Origin: Ignavibacteria bacterium
Lineage (GTDB): Bacteria > Bacteroidota > Ignavibacteria > Kapaibacteriales > UBA961
Length of the DNA stretch: 64,000 nt
Direction of reading: 5' to 3'
Assembly (NCBI GenBank): GCA_947491315.1
Contig: CANLII010000006.1
Coordinates: forward strand, 27,301 to 91,300
Part shown: piece after piece, positions 39,766-51,091 of the stretch
Layout of the letters: each line of letters opens with the position of its first letter
How positions within the stretch are numbered: the first letter of the stretch is position 1
Notes under the pieces: generated by a model
The model's input: the letters and a program-made list of their open reading frames with translations, nothing else
Told to the model about the DNA's origin: nothing
Database searches by the model: none
Translations under genes and position numbers: made by a program

Positions 39766-41913
39766 ATGCAACGTTTCAGCACATTTTTCAAGTCAGTATT
39801 TCTTGTAATAGCAATTTCAGCATCGTCATATTCACAAGATGAAAAACCTACTTGGTTCATAGGACCTTATGGTGCAATCATGCAAAGCATGCATTCCACA
39901 GGATTCAAAGATCTTCCTGGATATCCTTCATGCTGTTTTTCTGAAAGATCAGGTATAGGCATTGGATATGATATCGGAATGCTGCTTCGATTTCCCATCA
40001 ATGAAACAATGAGTTTTCGATTGTTTGGAGGAATCAATAGTCCGGGTGCAACAATATCAAGTGATGAAAAGATTGGTAATCAATTCATACGCAATCCACA
40101 ATTTCCATTTGATACAATTGCGCGGGATATCATGGTTCGACACTCCATTGAATCCATGATCACTCAGATATCAGCAAGACCAATGATTTCATATGCCTTG
40201 CCATTTGGCGGAGATATTTCTGCTGGATTTGGATTGAATTATGTGCTCAGTCAATCATTCAATCAAAAAGAAACATTGATTTCACCTAGTAATGCTGCAT
40301 TCTTGGATGGAAGAGGGAATCGCAATGACACTTCGGGAACAATTCCTGATATTTCCTCTTTTCAAACCACGCTTTCATTGGCATATTCATATGATCTACC
40401 AATTTCAAACACATCACTTCTTGTTCCATTCATAGAGTATCATTATCCACTCCAATCTCTAACTTCATATGATTGGAATATCAGTAGAATTCAACTTGGT
40501 TTGGCATTGCAATTTGGAATTGTCCCAAGCAAAGCCCCAAAAGTGATTACGGATACAGTGTATAGAAGAGACACAATCATCAAAGTTTCACCAATTGCAG
40601 TCAATACACCAACCATATTGAATGAAAGTCAAAAGGGATTTATCAAAGGTGAAGCACACAATGATATTCGCATTGATACAATCATGATTAGCGAAACATA
40701 TGTCACCACATTATTCACTCCTCCAGGGTATAAAGGAAATCTGTTGGTATATGGTCTCGATGAAAAAGGAAAACAAACCTTAAAGCCAATAATAAGGATT
40801 GAAGAATGGGAACAAATTGAGACATTCCCTTTGCTACCATATATATATTTTGAGGAGGGTTCATCTGACCTAGGTGGAACAAAACAAAGACTATTATTAC
40901 CCTCGCAGGCAGGATTATTCAATGAAGATTCATTGAATTCATCAACACTTGACATATACCGAGACATTTTAAATATCATTGGAAGTAGAGCAAAGGCATC
41001 ATCAGCATCATTTGATATATCGGGCTTTACCAATACACTAATCGAGGATGATGTCCCAGGGATCACACTCCAAAGAGCAAAAAGTATACAGTCCTATATG
41101 CAATCCATCTGGAGCATTAGTTCTAACAATATATCCTTAAACTCTGGGAGATTACCTCGTACTCCCACAAATCCATCGACACTTGATGGTAAGCAAGAAA
41201 ATGCGAGAGCTGAAATCTCATCGAAGGATCCTAATTTATTGAGTCCATTGAAGAAAAGAACTATCACCCGCACAATGAATCCACCGTTATTGGCGATTCA
41301 ACCCACGATTCAAGCAGGTGAGGCCATACAGTCTTGGAAAATCATCATTAAGGATGGAGAACAAATAGTACAAACATTTAAAGGAAATGGCAAAATCCCT
41401 GATAGTACTTTTACATGGATGATTTCCCCATCGAGTCAAATGTCCAATAAACCACTTGTAGTCTCATTACAAGCCATAGATACGATTGGAATCAATCATT
41501 CCTGGAACATAGATGTTCAAACAGAAAGAGTAACACTTCGAAATAAGCAGGAATTACGCATCAATGATACATTGATCGAGCGATTTGCGTTGATTCTTTT
41601 TGATTTTGACAAATCAAGTCTTAGTTCCGCGAATCAGAACATTGCCAAGACCATAAAGCAGTCTATTAAGGCAAATTCCACTATTACCATCACAGGTTAT
41701 ACGGATAGAACAGGTGATTCCACCTATAATCAAGTTCTTTCCGAAGAGCGCTGCAAACAAGTGAGCCAATATCTGGGTCTTTCCTCAGGAACCTATTCCA
41801 TTATACCTATGGGCGGAAAAGAGATTCCTTTTGAAAATGACACACCTCAAGGAAGGGCTTATTCGAGGACTGTGATGATCGAAGTCAAAACACCTATTAA
41901 AGAAGGGAAATAA
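39766..41913 (+). CDS. Large OmpA-family outer membrane protein (N-terminal beta-barrel-like region + C-terminal OmpA/peptidoglycan-binding domain)
   Basis: 715 aa. Signal peptide. C-terminal ..ITITGYTDRTGDSTYNQVLSEERCKQV..RTVMIEV is an OmpA_C-like domain. Confidence 0.75.
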   Translation: MQRFSTFFKSVFLVIAISASSYSQDEKPTWFIGPYGAIMQSMHSTGFKDLPGYPSCCFSERSGIGIGYDIGMLLRFPINETMSFRLFGGINSPGATISSDEKIGNQFIRNPQFPFDTIARDIMVRHSIESMITQISARPMISYALPFGGDISAGFGLNYVLSQSFNQKETLISPSNAAFLDGRGNRNDTSGTIPDISSFQTTLSLAYSYDLPISNTSLLVPFIEYHYPLQSLTSYDWNISRIQLGLALQFGIVPSKAPKVITDTVYRRDTIIKVSPIAVNTPTILNESQKGFIKGEAHNDIRIDTIMISETYVTTLFTPPGYKGNLLVYGLDEKGKQTLKPIIRIEEWEQIETFPLLPYIYFEEGSSDLGGTKQRLLLPSQAGLFNEDSLNSSTLDIYRDILNIIGSRAKASSASFDISGFTNTLIEDDVPGITLQRAKSIQSYMQSIWSISSNNISLNSGRLPRTPTNPSTLDGKQENARAEISSKDPNLLSPLKKRTITRTMNPPLLAIQPTIQAGEAIQSWKIIIKDGEQIVQTFKGNGKIPDSTFTWMISPSSQMSNKPLVVSLQAIDTIGINHSWNIDVQTERVTLRNKQELRINDTLIERFALILFDFDKSSLSSANQNIAKTIKQSIKANSTITITGYTDRTGDSTYNQVLSEERCKQVSQYLGLSSGTYSIIPMGGKEIPFENDTPQGRAYSRTVMIEVKTPIKEGK

Positions 41914-41997
41914 TACATATTTTTCTACGGGATTTCATGACAAATCTCTAACTTTACCGATTAAAATAATCATTGTTCCCGCTTTGGATCTTACCTC

Positions 41998-43266
41998 ATG
42001 TCGTATGAAAAATTAAACATCCCTCAACATGGTGAAAAAATCACTGTTCAACCTGATGGATCCCTCAATGTTCCCAATAATCCGGTCATCCCTTTCATAG
42101 AAGGTGATGGAATAGGTCCGAATATTTGGGCGGCTTCTGTACGTGTTCTCGATGCTGCTGTTGCGAAAGCATATGGTGGGTCGAAAAAAATTGAGTGGTT
42201 TGAGGTTTTTGCCGGTGAGAAGTCAAATGAAGTCTATGGACCCAATACATGGCTTCCTGAAGACACATTGAAAGCTCTTCGTGAATATATTGTTGGAATC
42301 AAGGGTCCTCTCACAACACCGGTTGGTGGTGGTATTCGCTCCATCAATGTTGCGCTCCGTCAATTAATGGATTTGTATGTATGCTTGAGACCTGTACGGT
42401 ATTTTCAAGGTGTACCTTCTCCTGTTAAGCGTCCGGAACTTGTGGACATGATCATTTTCCGTGAGAATACAGAAGACATATATGCTGGTATAGAATTCAA
42501 AGCCGGTGCTGAAGATACCGCTTCTATGCTCTCATTTCTTGAAACTTCTTTTCCTGCTTTTCATAAGAAGATTCGATTCGCTACCGAGGCCCCTGATCTT
42601 GTGGGTTTAGGTATCAAACCTATTTCAGCTCCCGGCTCCAAACGCCTCATTCGTGCAGCTTTGAAATATGCTATCAGTCAGAATCGTAAGAGTTTGACAT
42701 TGGTTCATAAAGGTAATATCATGAAATTCACCGAAGGTGCATTCAGGGATTGGGGTTATGAACTCGTAAAAGAGGAATTTTCTGATGTGGCAATCGGCTG
42801 GGATGATTGCGGTGGAAATCCAGGTGACAAATTATTGGTAAAAGATTCAATAGCGGATGCTTTTCTCCAGCAGATTTTGACAAGACCTGCTGAATATGAT
42901 GTGATAGCCACTTTAAATCTCAATGGTGATTATATCAGTGATGCGCTGGCAGCTCAAGTTGGTGGAATCGGTATAGCGCCTGGTGCAAATATCAATTATG
43001 ACACCGGTTATGCCATTTTTGAAGCAACGCATGGAACTGCTCCCAAATATGCAGGTCTGGACAAAGTAAATCCAGGTTCTGTGATTCTTTCCGGTGAGAT
43101 GATGTTCCGGTATTTGGGTTGGAATGAAGCTGCTGATCTTATCATCAAAGGAATGGATGGAGCTATTTCGGCAAAAACCGTTACTTATGATTTTGCTCGT
43201 TTAATGGATGGAGCGACCGAAGTATCATGTTCCGCATTCGGTGATGCCGTCATTCAACACATGTAA
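41998..43266 (+). CDS. icd: NADP-dependent isocitrate dehydrogenase
   Basis: Collinear with E. coli Icd from the N-terminus (..[31 protein letters not shown]..). 422 aa. Confidence 0.95.
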   Translation: MSYEKLNIPQHGEKITVQPDGSLNVPNNPVIPFIEGDGIGPNIWAASVRVLDAAVAKAYGGSKKIEWFEVFAGEKSNEVYGPNTWLPEDTLKALREYIVGIKGPLTTPVGGGIRSINVALRQLMDLYVCLRPVRYFQGVPSPVKRPELVDMIIFRENTEDIYAGIEFKAGAEDTASMLSFLETSFPAFHKKIRFATEAPDLVGLGIKPISAPGSKRLIRAALKYAISQNRKSLTLVHKGNIMKFTEGAFRDWGYELVKEEFSDVAIGWDDCGGNPGDKLLVKDSIADAFLQQILTRPAEYDVIATLNLNGDYISDALAAQVGGIGIAPGANINYDTGYAIFEATHGTAPKYAGLDKVNPGSVILSGEMMFRYLGWNEAADLIIKGMDGAISAKTVTYDFARLMDGATEVSCSAFGDAVIQHM

Positions 43267-43289
43267 TTTTTACGCGATGAAGTCTTTGG

Positions 43290-43333
43290 GGAGACGCGAG
43301 ATACAGCAATGCACTCGCGTCTCCTCTTCTTTT
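43290..43333 (+). terminator. Rho-independent terminator after icd (GGAGACGCGAG - loop - CTCGCGTCTCC + T-rich)
   Basis: Perfect 11-bp stem with a 13-nt loop, followed by TCTTCTTTTG. Confidence 0.8.
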
Positions 43334-43364
43334 GTAGGCACTATTATTCACATCATAATGCTCT

Positions 43365-44972
43365 TTGATCATGGCTGCTAAGAAAACGAAATATATTTTC
43401 ATTTCAGGTGGAGTTCTCTCTTCACTTGGAAAAGGAATTGCCTCTGCCTCCCTGGGTTTACTCTTAAAACAAAGGGGATTATCGGTCACAATTATGAAAT
43501 TTGATCCATATATCAATGTGGATCCCGGAACAATGAACCCTCAACAACATGGTGAAGTGTATGTTACCGATGATGGTGCCGAATGCGATCTCGATCTCGG
43601 ACATTATGAGCGCTATCTTGATGTTGATGGAACCAGATCAAATTCCGTTTCTTCAGGTCAAGTGTATTTTGAAGTGATTCAAAGAGAGCGTCAAGGGCAA
43701 TATCTTGGTAAGACTGTACAAGTGATTCCCCATATCACCGATGAAATCAAAAAACGCATGACAATTTATGACAAACTCTTTGATATTGTCATCATCGAGA
43801 TAGGTGGAACTGTCGGAGATATTGAGTCCTTACCATTCATGGAATCCGTTCGTCAATTATGCATGGAGAAAGGTCCGAAAAGCACTCTGAATATACATTT
43901 AACCTATGTTCCCTATATCAAATCTGCTGGGGAGTTAAAAACAAAACCAACGCAACATTCAGTTAAGATATTGATGGAAATGGGGATTAGACCTGATATC
44001 CTCCTCTGCCGAACTGAGCAGCCAATGAATAAAGAATTGAAAAGCAAGATTGGTTTATTCTGTAATGTGGAAGAAGATTCCGTCATCGAAGTGCTTGATG
44101 CAGAAACCATATATGAAGTACCTCTCAGTCTTGCGAAACGCAATCTCGATCAAATCGTTCTCAAGAAGTTTTCTATGCCGCTCGGCAAATTGGACATGGA
44201 CACATGGACCAAATTTGTTAATCGCATCAAGCAACCAAAGCATACTGTGCATATCGGATTGATCGGAAAATACAATCAAGTGAAAGATTCATACAAAAGT
44301 ATTCTGGAAGCATTCGTTCATGCTGGTGCCATCAATAATGCCAAAGTTGAAATCACTTGGATTGATTCTGAGAATGTTAACAAAATAAGTGTGGCAACCA
44401 TATTGAAAGGTATGCAGGGAATTCTTGTGGCTCCGGGTTTTGGATCAAGAGGTATTGAAGGAAAGATTGAAGCCATTAGATATGCCAGAGAAAACAAGAT
44501 ACCCTTCTTTGGCATCTGTCTTGGAATGCAATGTGCTGTGATTGAATTCGCCCGCAATGTTGCAGGCATAAAAGATGCACATTCGGCTGAATTCAAAAAG
44601 GGAAAGGAATTGGTTATTCACCTGATGTCAACACAAAAGCAGGTAACAGATAAAGGTGGTACCATGCGACTAGGTTCCTATCCCTGCACCATTCGTAAAG
44701 GCACCATTGCGCATGCGGCTTATGGAGTTGATTCAATTCATGAGAGACATAGACATCGCTATGAATTCAACAATGCTTATCGCAAAACATTGGAAGATCA
44801 TGGCATGAAGCTAAGCGGAGTATCTCCTGATACAACATTGGTGGAAATCATCGAATTGAAAAATCACCCATGGTTTGTCGGCGTACAATTCCATCCTGAA
44901 TATAAGTCACGAGCCGTGAAAGGACATCCCCTCTTCATCAGTTTTGTTAAAGCAGCAATGCAAAAAATATAA
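43365..44972 (+). CDS. pyrG: CTP synthase
   Basis: [17 protein letters not shown].. N-terminal synthetase domain. C-terminal glutamine amidotransferase domain with GICLGMQ. 535 aa. Confidence 0.95.
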   Translation: MIMAAKKTKYIFISGGVLSSLGKGIASASLGLLLKQRGLSVTIMKFDPYINVDPGTMNPQQHGEVYVTDDGAECDLDLGHYERYLDVDGTRSNSVSSGQVYFEVIQRERQGQYLGKTVQVIPHITDEIKKRMTIYDKLFDIVIIEIGGTVGDIESLPFMESVRQLCMEKGPKSTLNIHLTYVPYIKSAGELKTKPTQHSVKILMEMGIRPDILLCRTEQPMNKELKSKIGLFCNVEEDSVIEVLDAETIYEVPLSLAKRNLDQIVLKKFSMPLGKLDMDTWTKFVNRIKQPKHTVHIGLIGKYNQVKDSYKSILEAFVHAGAINNAKVEITWIDSENVNKISVATILKGMQGILVAPGFGSRGIEGKIEAIRYARENKIPFFGICLGMQCAVIEFARNVAGIKDAHSAEFKKGKELVIHLMSTQKQVTDKGGTMRLGSYPCTIRKGTIAHAAYGVDSIHERHRHRYEFNNAYRKTLEDHGMKLSGVSPDTTLVEIIELKNHPWFVGVQFHPEYKSRAVKGHPLFISFVKAAMQKI

Positions 44973-46202
44973 TCATCGGAATGTTTGACCTTTCCAATGA
45001 ACATCTTTCTTTAGTAAAAGAAAGGCAACCATGATTTCCATATAAATCATGAAGAGCATACCCGGGATCATCCAAGGGATATATCTGGTTCTTCTGAGTG
45101 CAAAGAGCGTAGGCATAACAATCATGCAGTCACCTATCACTCGCATGGCCAAGATGCTCAACACACTTGTCCAGTCACTCATATACCCTGAATAGATGAG
45201 TGAAGACCAAAACACAAAGGCAAAGAAGGCAAAAAGATATTTTTTCCAACCCAATGCATCTGAGCCACGGACCCATCTATGTTGTTGACTCACAAAGCTC
45301 TTCCAATCCGGGCATGGTTCTGTACTAACGGCATTAGAATGGTGACATGGGTAAGAAATTCCATAACCCGCTTTTGAAACCTCGGTCAATAATTGCAAAT
45401 CCTCTGTTACTGAAAATTTGATGCCAGCATAACCACCAACAGCATCATAGACAGATTTTCTTATTGATAAGTTATTACCAAAGCATCCAAGTGGATGCCC
45501 AAGAGACATTGCTGCAGATGCCAATGTATGATTCATCATCCATTCCATATCCTGCAAATGATGAAATGCTGTACTTGTGTTTATAGTTGTGAATCCTGCA
45601 ATCATTCCGATTGTAGGATTGGAATATGCATGCGCTATTGTGCGCACCCAATCATCAGGGAATATACAATCGGCATCAGACATTATGATGATCGTACCTG
45701 TTGCAGATGATATTCCCGCATGCAAGGCACCTGCTTTACCACGAACATTACCAAATCGTTCTTCGGTTAACTGAACAGACTTTATTCTTTTATCTTTTGC
45801 AGAAAAAGCATCAATAATTGCTTGCGTGGAATCTGTTGAGCGATCATTAACAATGATGAATTCAATTGTTGAATCAGTGTTTTTTAGGAGAGATTCCAGA
45901 CAGTAGGGCAATGCCTCTTGTTCATTTCTTGCTGGAATGATAATTGAGATTGCTTCATTCACTAGAGAATGATTGGGGAGAAGAATGCGTCTTGACCGGG
46001 CCGCACCATAGATAAAAACAAGAGTTTTTACCGCAAAAAGCAGGAGAACGAAATCGATCAATGACATAGAATCGTTCAATGAGATGTGAAAAGCGAAATC
46101 AGGATTATGCTCAAGATATAATGCCAGTTGCCAATCTACCAATACTGTGATATTCAAATCCTTCGGATGCAACAGAATCAGGATCGAATAAATTTCTACC
46201 AT
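44973..46202 (-). CDS. Processive family-2 glycosyltransferase / polysaccharide synthase-like membrane protein (QxxRW motif)
   Basis: N-terminal TM. GT-A core ISIIIPARNE..FIIVNDRSTD..IIMSDADC. QQHRWVRGS (QxxRW). Multiple C-terminal TM helices. Size and architecture like PgaC/HasA/Cps3S/NodC. An alternative start at the internal Met (46067) would remove the 92-nt overlap with ugd. Confidence 0.8.
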   Translation of the reverse strand: MVEIYSILILLHPKDLNITVLVDWQLALYLEHNPDFAFHISLNDSMSLIDFVLLLFAVKTLVFIYGAARSRRILLPNHSLVNEAISIIIPARNEQEALPYCLESLLKNTDSTIEFIIVNDRSTDSTQAIIDAFSAKDKRIKSVQLTEERFGNVRGKAGALHAGISSATGTIIIMSDADCIFPDDWVRTIAHAYSNPTIGMIAGFTTINTSTAFHHLQDMEWMMNHTLASAAMSLGHPLGCFGNNLSIRKSVYDAVGGYAGIKFSVTEDLQLLTEVSKAGYGISYPCHHSNAVSTEPCPDWKSFVSQQHRWVRGSDALGWKKYLFAFFAFVFWSSLIYSGYMSDWTSVLSILAMRVIGDCMIVMPTLFALRRTRYIPWMIPGMLFMIYMEIMVAFLLLKKDVHWKGQTFR

Positions 46203-47451
46203 CGAAAATCAATGATTGCTTCATTGATGCACGCAATACGGAAAAATCTGGCTTACGGAATTCATTCCATTCTGTTGCAATAATGAGTACATCAGCGTCT
46301 TTCAATGTATCATATGCGGAATTGGCATAGTGAATAGCATCACCATATATAGACTTGGTATTGGGCATTGCTTCGGGATCATAAGCAGAAATATTCGCAC
46401 CAACTTCCAATAGCCTATCAATGATTGTATAAGCAGGAGCTTCACGAACATCATCTGTATTGGGTTTGAATGACAATCCCCATAATGCAATTTTTGCATC
46501 TTTTGCAGAATTCAATCTATTGATGATCTTCTCCACAAAACGATTGATTTGTCTAGCATTTGCTGCTTCGACGGCATGAATGATTCCAAGCGGAGCACCA
46601 ACTGCATCAGTGGAATGTAATAATGCTTTTACATCTTTGGGGAAACAACTTCCGCCATAACCAATTCCGGAAAAGAGGAATCGCTTTCCTATTCGTGAGT
46701 CTGAACCAATTCCTATGCGAATATTTTCGATGTCGGCACCAATGATTTCACAATACTCAGAAAGTTCATTCATGAATGAGATACGCATTGCCAAGAAACA
46801 ATTTGCTGCGTATTTGGTGATTTCAGCACTCTTCTCATCCATCACATAAATTGGATTACCACTGCGCAGAAATGGCTCATATAAATCACGCATCTCATCT
46901 TCAGCGCGCTCATTGGAGGTGCCAACAACAACTCGATCGGGTTTCATGAAATCTTCTACCGCAAAGCCTTCTCTCAAAAATTCAGGATTGCTGACTACTT
47001 CGATATCAAAACCTGGAGCATGATTTCGACAAATCATGCGAACTTTATCTGCTGTCCCAACGGGTACGGTACTTTTATTGACCAATATTCGAAAATCAGT
47101 GATGTTTTCTTTCTTGATAATGTCAGCTATATTTTTCGCAGCATCCATCACATAATTCAAATCCGCAGAGCCATCTTCACCTGGAGGAGTGGGCAAACAC
47201 AAAAACAACATTGAGCATTGTTTTACGGCTTGCTCCAAATTCGTTGAGAATTTCAAGCGACCATTGCTGATATTCCTTTCGAGTAAATGCTCAAGACCCG
47301 GTTCGTAGATTGGCATTTTACCTTGTTGTAATGTTTCAACTTTATGTTGATCAACATCAATACAGAGAACATTATTTCCGCTTTCAGCAAAACAAGTTCC
47401 TGTAACAAGTCCTACATATCCTGTGCCGATGATTCCGATCGTTTGTGACAT
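46111..47451 (-). CDS. ugd: UDP-glucose 6-dehydrogenase
   Basis: MSQTIGIIGTGYVGLVTGTCFAE.. NAD-binding N-terminus. Catalytic GGSCFPKD. 446 aa. Confidence 0.93.
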   Translation of the reverse strand: MSQTIGIIGTGYVGLVTGTCFAESGNNVLCIDVDQHKVETLQQGKMPIYEPGLEHLLERNISNGRLKFSTNLEQAVKQCSMLFLCLPTPPGEDGSADLNYVMDAAKNIADIIKKENITDFRILVNKSTVPVGTADKVRMICRNHAPGFDIEVVSNPEFLREGFAVEDFMKPDRVVVGTSNERAEDEMRDLYEPFLRSGNPIYVMDEKSAEITKYAANCFLAMRISFMNELSEYCEIIGADIENIRIGIGSDSRIGKRFLFSGIGYGGSCFPKDVKALLHSTDAVGAPLGIIHAVEAANARQINRFVEKIINRLNSAKDAKIALWGLSFKPNTDDVREAPAYTIIDRLLEVGANISAYDPEAMPNTKSIYGDAIHYANSAYDTLKDADVLIIATEWNEFRKPDFSVLRASMKQSLIFDGRNLFDPDSVASEGFEYHSIGRLATGIIS

Positions 47452-47452
47452 A

Positions 47453-47635
47453 TCAAGGTTGATTGAGAAGTTTCAAAATGACGAGCGCAAGTATGATAAG
47501 CGCGAAAAGAGACAGTGCAAATTTAATGAAACTGCGTGCCACTTTCAGCACAATTAAGAGGAGAATTATCCCAAGTATGATTATGAGATACAGAGGCAAA
47601 CTTTCTATAAATAGGATGATATTATCTATTTCCAT
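47453..47635 (-). CDS. Small hydrophobic (2-TM) peptide, 60 aa, translationally coupled to ugd
   Basis: Stop TGA lies 1 nt before the ugd ATG. Almost entirely Leu/Ile-rich helices (LPLYLIIILGIILLLIVL..LSLFALIILALVILKLL). No homolog recognised. Confidence 0.35.
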   Translation of the reverse strand: MEIDNIILFIESLPLYLIIILGIILLLIVLKVARSFIKFALSLFALIILALVILKLLNQP

Positions 47636-47647
47636 CTTGATTCAGGC

Positions 47648-48406
47648 CTAATTTGGCTTAAATGTGAAGGTAATGATACCGGTCATCTGTATATCCGAAT
47701 CGAGTCGATTAAATTTCCATTTCTTCAATGTCCTGAGTGAAACCGATTCTAGACCTGGATCACCCTTTGTCATAGGACGCATATCGCCAACTGTACCATC
47801 AGGTAAAACAGAAAATCGAATCTTGATTGAGACCAATCTGTCGAGATTTCCGGGACTTGGTGGCAATATCTTGTTTAAAACGGTGCGATTTCCTCCACCA
47901 CCCCATTCAATGTCACCCAAACCCATACCTTTTCCGGGTCCTGTTCCCTTTTCTCCCAATCCTGTACCATTTCCACTTCCTGCTCCAACAGCCTTACCTT
48001 GTCCTTTGGAAGAATCCGTATCAGATTTGTTCGTGGATGATACATTATTCTTGGCAATTGGATTCGATGTTGACAATGGATCCTTTGCCGATGAGGTTGA
48101 CTTTACCTTGCCTGCATCTTCAAGTGGATTTTGAGGCTTTGCGCCTGAAGACTTAGCACCTTCTTTTGCCAAATTACCTTTGCTCCTTCCCGTTCCATCT
48201 CCTTCACCAAAATTCAATAAGATGATTGGACTGTAATTGACTTCTTTTTTATAGGGCTCAATAACAATACTAGTCTGAGAAAACCAGAACAGTAGAATAA
48301 ACATCAGCAATAATGCAATGAAAAATCCTCGTGCTGCATAGCGATCCCAGAGCACTTTAATGCTATATGTGAACCGGGTATCATTATATCGCTCTCTCAA
48401 TGACAT
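47648..48406 (-). CDS. TonB-C-terminal-domain (energy transducer TonB/TolA-like) membrane-anchored protein
   Basis: N-terminal TM anchor, a Ser/Gly/Lys-rich low-complexity linker, then C-terminal VSIKIRFSVLPDGTVGDMRPM..SLRTLKKWKF (TonB_C-like beta-alpha-beta pattern). Confidence 0.55.
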   Translation of the reverse strand: MSLRERYNDTRFTYSIKVLWDRYAARGFFIALLLMFILLFWFSQTSIVIEPYKKEVNYSPIILLNFGEGDGTGRSKGNLAKEGAKSSGAKPQNPLEDAGKVKSTSSAKDPLSTSNPIAKNNVSSTNKSDTDSSKGQGKAVGAGSGNGTGLGEKGTGPGKGMGLGDIEWGGGGNRTVLNKILPPSPGNLDRLVSIKIRFSVLPDGTVGDMRPMTKGDPGLESVSLRTLKKWKFNRLDSDIQMTGIITFTFKPN

Positions 48407-48413
48407 TACATAC

Positions 48414-49469
48414 TCACTTTACTCTATCTACCCATGAATTGGAATATCCGACTTTTTTGGCGGCAGTCTGTGCTTGTTTTCTATCTTCGAAAGATCCGAA
48501 ACGAACACGATACCACGTTTTTCCATTCAATGATTTCTTGGTAACTATTGCTGAAGAAATCCCTTTCGATTGTAAATTCTTCAGCGCTTTATCAGCCTCT
48601 TGTTTTGAAATGCTTGAAAGTACCTGTACAGAATATTCTTCACCAGAAGTATTTTTCACTTGCTTCTTGGCTTCCTGATTCTTTTTTACAGGTTCTTGAT
48701 CAAGAAAGGTTTCACTCCGAACTTGATCTTTTTCACTTTGGTTTTTAGAATTAATGTTTTCCGATTTCTTCTTCTCAGGATCTTTTTTCACGATCTTTTG
48801 AGCAATAGCCTTCTCTTGTTTTTTCTTTTTTTCAGGAGCAGGTGTTTGTACTTTTGTCTTTGGCTGAATAGGTTTATCTTTCTGTATAGATTCAGTCTGT
48901 TTGACATCATCTACTTCACGGTATTCAGGGAAAGTTTTTGCAGGGATGGGATCCGGTGGAACCACTTTCTTCTCAGGAGCTTTGGATTCTTCATTGATGA
49001 TCTCATCGCCCCTTTCATTATTGCCGATATTCTGTCCTTGCGACATTTGCATGCGAGCCAGATAATCTTGAACTCGAGCAATTGAATCCTGCTCCATCGT
49101 TGTAGCTAGAGCCTGCTTCCTGGCCTCCTCTTCATTCAATTCGGCAACTGTAACTGTGTCAACACTCACAATCTGTTCCGGATTGATTTCTTTTCCATCT
49201 TTGGATGTAATCATCCAAATAATGGCTAATGCAGAAACAGTGGCGATTGCAATCAATGCCATTTTTTTTACAGGAAACTGATCTTCAGGCGGAACATCAG
49301 GTTGTACATAAGAAATAAATCCTGAGCCGGACTCTTTGGATGTACCTTTTTCGGGTGATGATGCGGAATCACTTTCTGAAGACAATTTTGATTTGTCATG
49401 CAAAAAGGTTTGGTCATCTGATTCACCAAAACCACCAAATTCATCATGTGGATTTTGTTGATTACTCAT
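48414..49469 (-). CDS. SPOR-domain protein (septal peptidoglycan-binding, DedD/FtsN-like)
   Basis: Acidic N-terminus, one TM (MALIAIATVSALAIIWMI), a Lys/Glu/Pro-rich linker, and a C-terminal SPOR fold (YSVQVLSSISKQEADKALKNLQSKGISSAIV..WYRVRFGSFEDRKQAQTAAKKV). Confidence 0.75.
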   Translation of the reverse strand: MSNQQNPHDEFGGFGESDDQTFLHDKSKLSSESDSASSPEKGTSKESGSGFISYVQPDVPPEDQFPVKKMALIAIATVSALAIIWMITSKDGKEINPEQIVSVDTVTVAELNEEEARKQALATTMEQDSIARVQDYLARMQMSQGQNIGNNERGDEIINEESKAPEKKVVPPDPIPAKTFPEYREVDDVKQTESIQKDKPIQPKTKVQTPAPEKKKKQEKAIAQKIVKKDPEKKKSENINSKNQSEKDQVRSETFLDQEPVKKNQEAKKQVKNTSGEEYSVQVLSSISKQEADKALKNLQSKGISSAIVTKKSLNGKTWYRVRFGSFEDRKQAQTAAKKVGYSNSWVDRVK

Positions 49470-49483
49470 ATTTTCTCTTCCTT

Positions 49484-51091
49484 TTAGAAAAGATATCTCG
49501 CACCGAGTGCGACGAATGTTCCCCTCTCTCTAAACCTGTTCCATACATACACGGAAGAATTGAGGAGATTATCAATCCGAATAAATGCTTCGAGATCTTT
49601 TTGAATTGTATAATTGAGCTTGAAATTTGCCATGATATAAGATGGTAGTTCAATGGAATCATCTTTGGTAACGGTTCTTGCATCCACATATTCAAGGGAA
49701 ATGATGGAAGTGAATGATGCAAACCAATCACGCTCATATCGCATACCTATTGTGAGTGGCGCTAACATCGGAATAGCTATCGGTGAATCTGATAGAGAAC
49801 TAAAAAGCAAAGAAGCATATCCACCGATTCTGGTATGTTGAAAAGGTTTCCATTGACCTTCCAATTGCAAATCCAATATCGTGCCTGTTAGATACTCAAT
49901 TGTAAATCCTTGAAATTTTCCTGATTCAGTAGAATTTGGCAACATCACTGGTACATTCGATGAAGTCTGATATTTGGTCTTGAATGATACCGATACATCT
50001 ATGTCCGGATGCCAATGAATGATTGGAGTGATTACTATATCATCTCTTCTGAATGAAATCATTGGCATGTGAATCAAATATGGATTTCTCAAAAGCATTT
50101 CACTGAGTGAATTATTATTCAAACCACTGCTGAATTGAAGTGATGAGGTGAACTCAGATGATATTCTATAATCTGCATTACCATTCATCGAAATGGCTCC
50201 GAATTGAATACCTTCAGAATTTGTGGCAGTTTGCAATCCTGCACCAAATGTCACGGTCAAATCATCATCTGTCCATGTTCCGGATGCCCCTGCCTGTATG
50301 AAATTATACGAAGAAGTATCGCCATAGGAATGCAAATCAACATTGAGATTACCTGTCATTGACATCCCGAACAAAGGCGTTGTGACTTGTGCATATCCTT
50401 TTATTCGTGAATCAGACAAAGAAAGTGAATCTGTTCCTATTGTCAATGATTGCCAATGAGCACCCATTGTATATGCATATGAACCAATTGTTCCTTTTAC
50501 ATCTACCTGAGCTCCAAGATTATCGACGCTTCGTTCAACGACATTCATTTTATCGGCACCAAACAATTGATAGCGATTTGATGCATAATTCAAGCCTGTT
50601 TCAGTTCTACTACCACCAAAAAATACATATTTTTTTGGAGCATCATAAGCGGCTTGAAGCGCAATTCCAGTTTTTGAAAAATTAGCATTATCGATATGGC
50701 CTTGACTTCCTTCATAATTACCGAAGACATCAACAGAATATCCTCCTGATGCGAAAGAATATCCTGCATTGAGTTTCGGAGTCATGAAGATTCCGAATTC
50801 TCCCATTGCATACCCATTGACAGAATATGGTTTCATTGGACTTAAAGGCAATGGTATCGCAGGTAATAATGGTATTGGAATTTTTATATCTGTATTGATT
50901 GAATCTAGTTCTGCTTTTGTGAATACTCCGGGCTTAGCAGGCTTCATTTTTAATCCACCTTTGATATCTGCATTTGTTTTACCGGTAATCACGAATTCCT
51001 GCAAATCCAATGGCTGTTCTGCTGCGTTCTTGCTATCCTGAGCATACACAGAGCACACCATCAAGAGTACTATGAAACTTTTGATCATCAT
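49484..51091 (-). CDS. Hypothetical outer-membrane beta-barrel protein
   Basis: Signal peptide MMIKSFIVLLMVCSVYAQ. About 500 aa of alternating Gly/aromatic beta-strand-like segments. Terminal ..ALGARYLF. Start overlaps the stop of the TPR gene (ATGA). Confidence 0.6.
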   Translation of the reverse strand: MMIKSFIVLLMVCSVYAQDSKNAAEQPLDLQEFVITGKTNADIKGGLKMKPAKPGVFTKAELDSINTDIKIPIPLLPAIPLPLSPMKPYSVNGYAMGEFGIFMTPKLNAGYSFASGGYSVDVFGNYEGSQGHIDNANFSKTGIALQAAYDAPKKYVFFGGSRTETGLNYASNRYQLFGADKMNVVERSVDNLGAQVDVKGTIGSYAYTMGAHWQSLTIGTDSLSLSDSRIKGYAQVTTPLFGMSMTGNLNVDLHSYGDTSSYNFIQAGASGTWTDDDLTVTFGAGLQTATNSEGIQFGAISMNGNADYRISSEFTSSLQFSSGLNNNSLSEMLLRNPYLIHMPMISFRRDDIVITPIIHWHPDIDVSVSFKTKYQTSSNVPVMLPNSTESGKFQGFTIEYLTGTILDLQLEGQWKPFQHTRIGGYASLLFSSLSDSPIAIPMLAPLTIGMRYERDWFASFTSIISLEYVDARTVTKDDSIELPSYIMANFKLNYTIQKDLEAFIRIDNLLNSSVYVWNRFRERGTFVALGARYLF

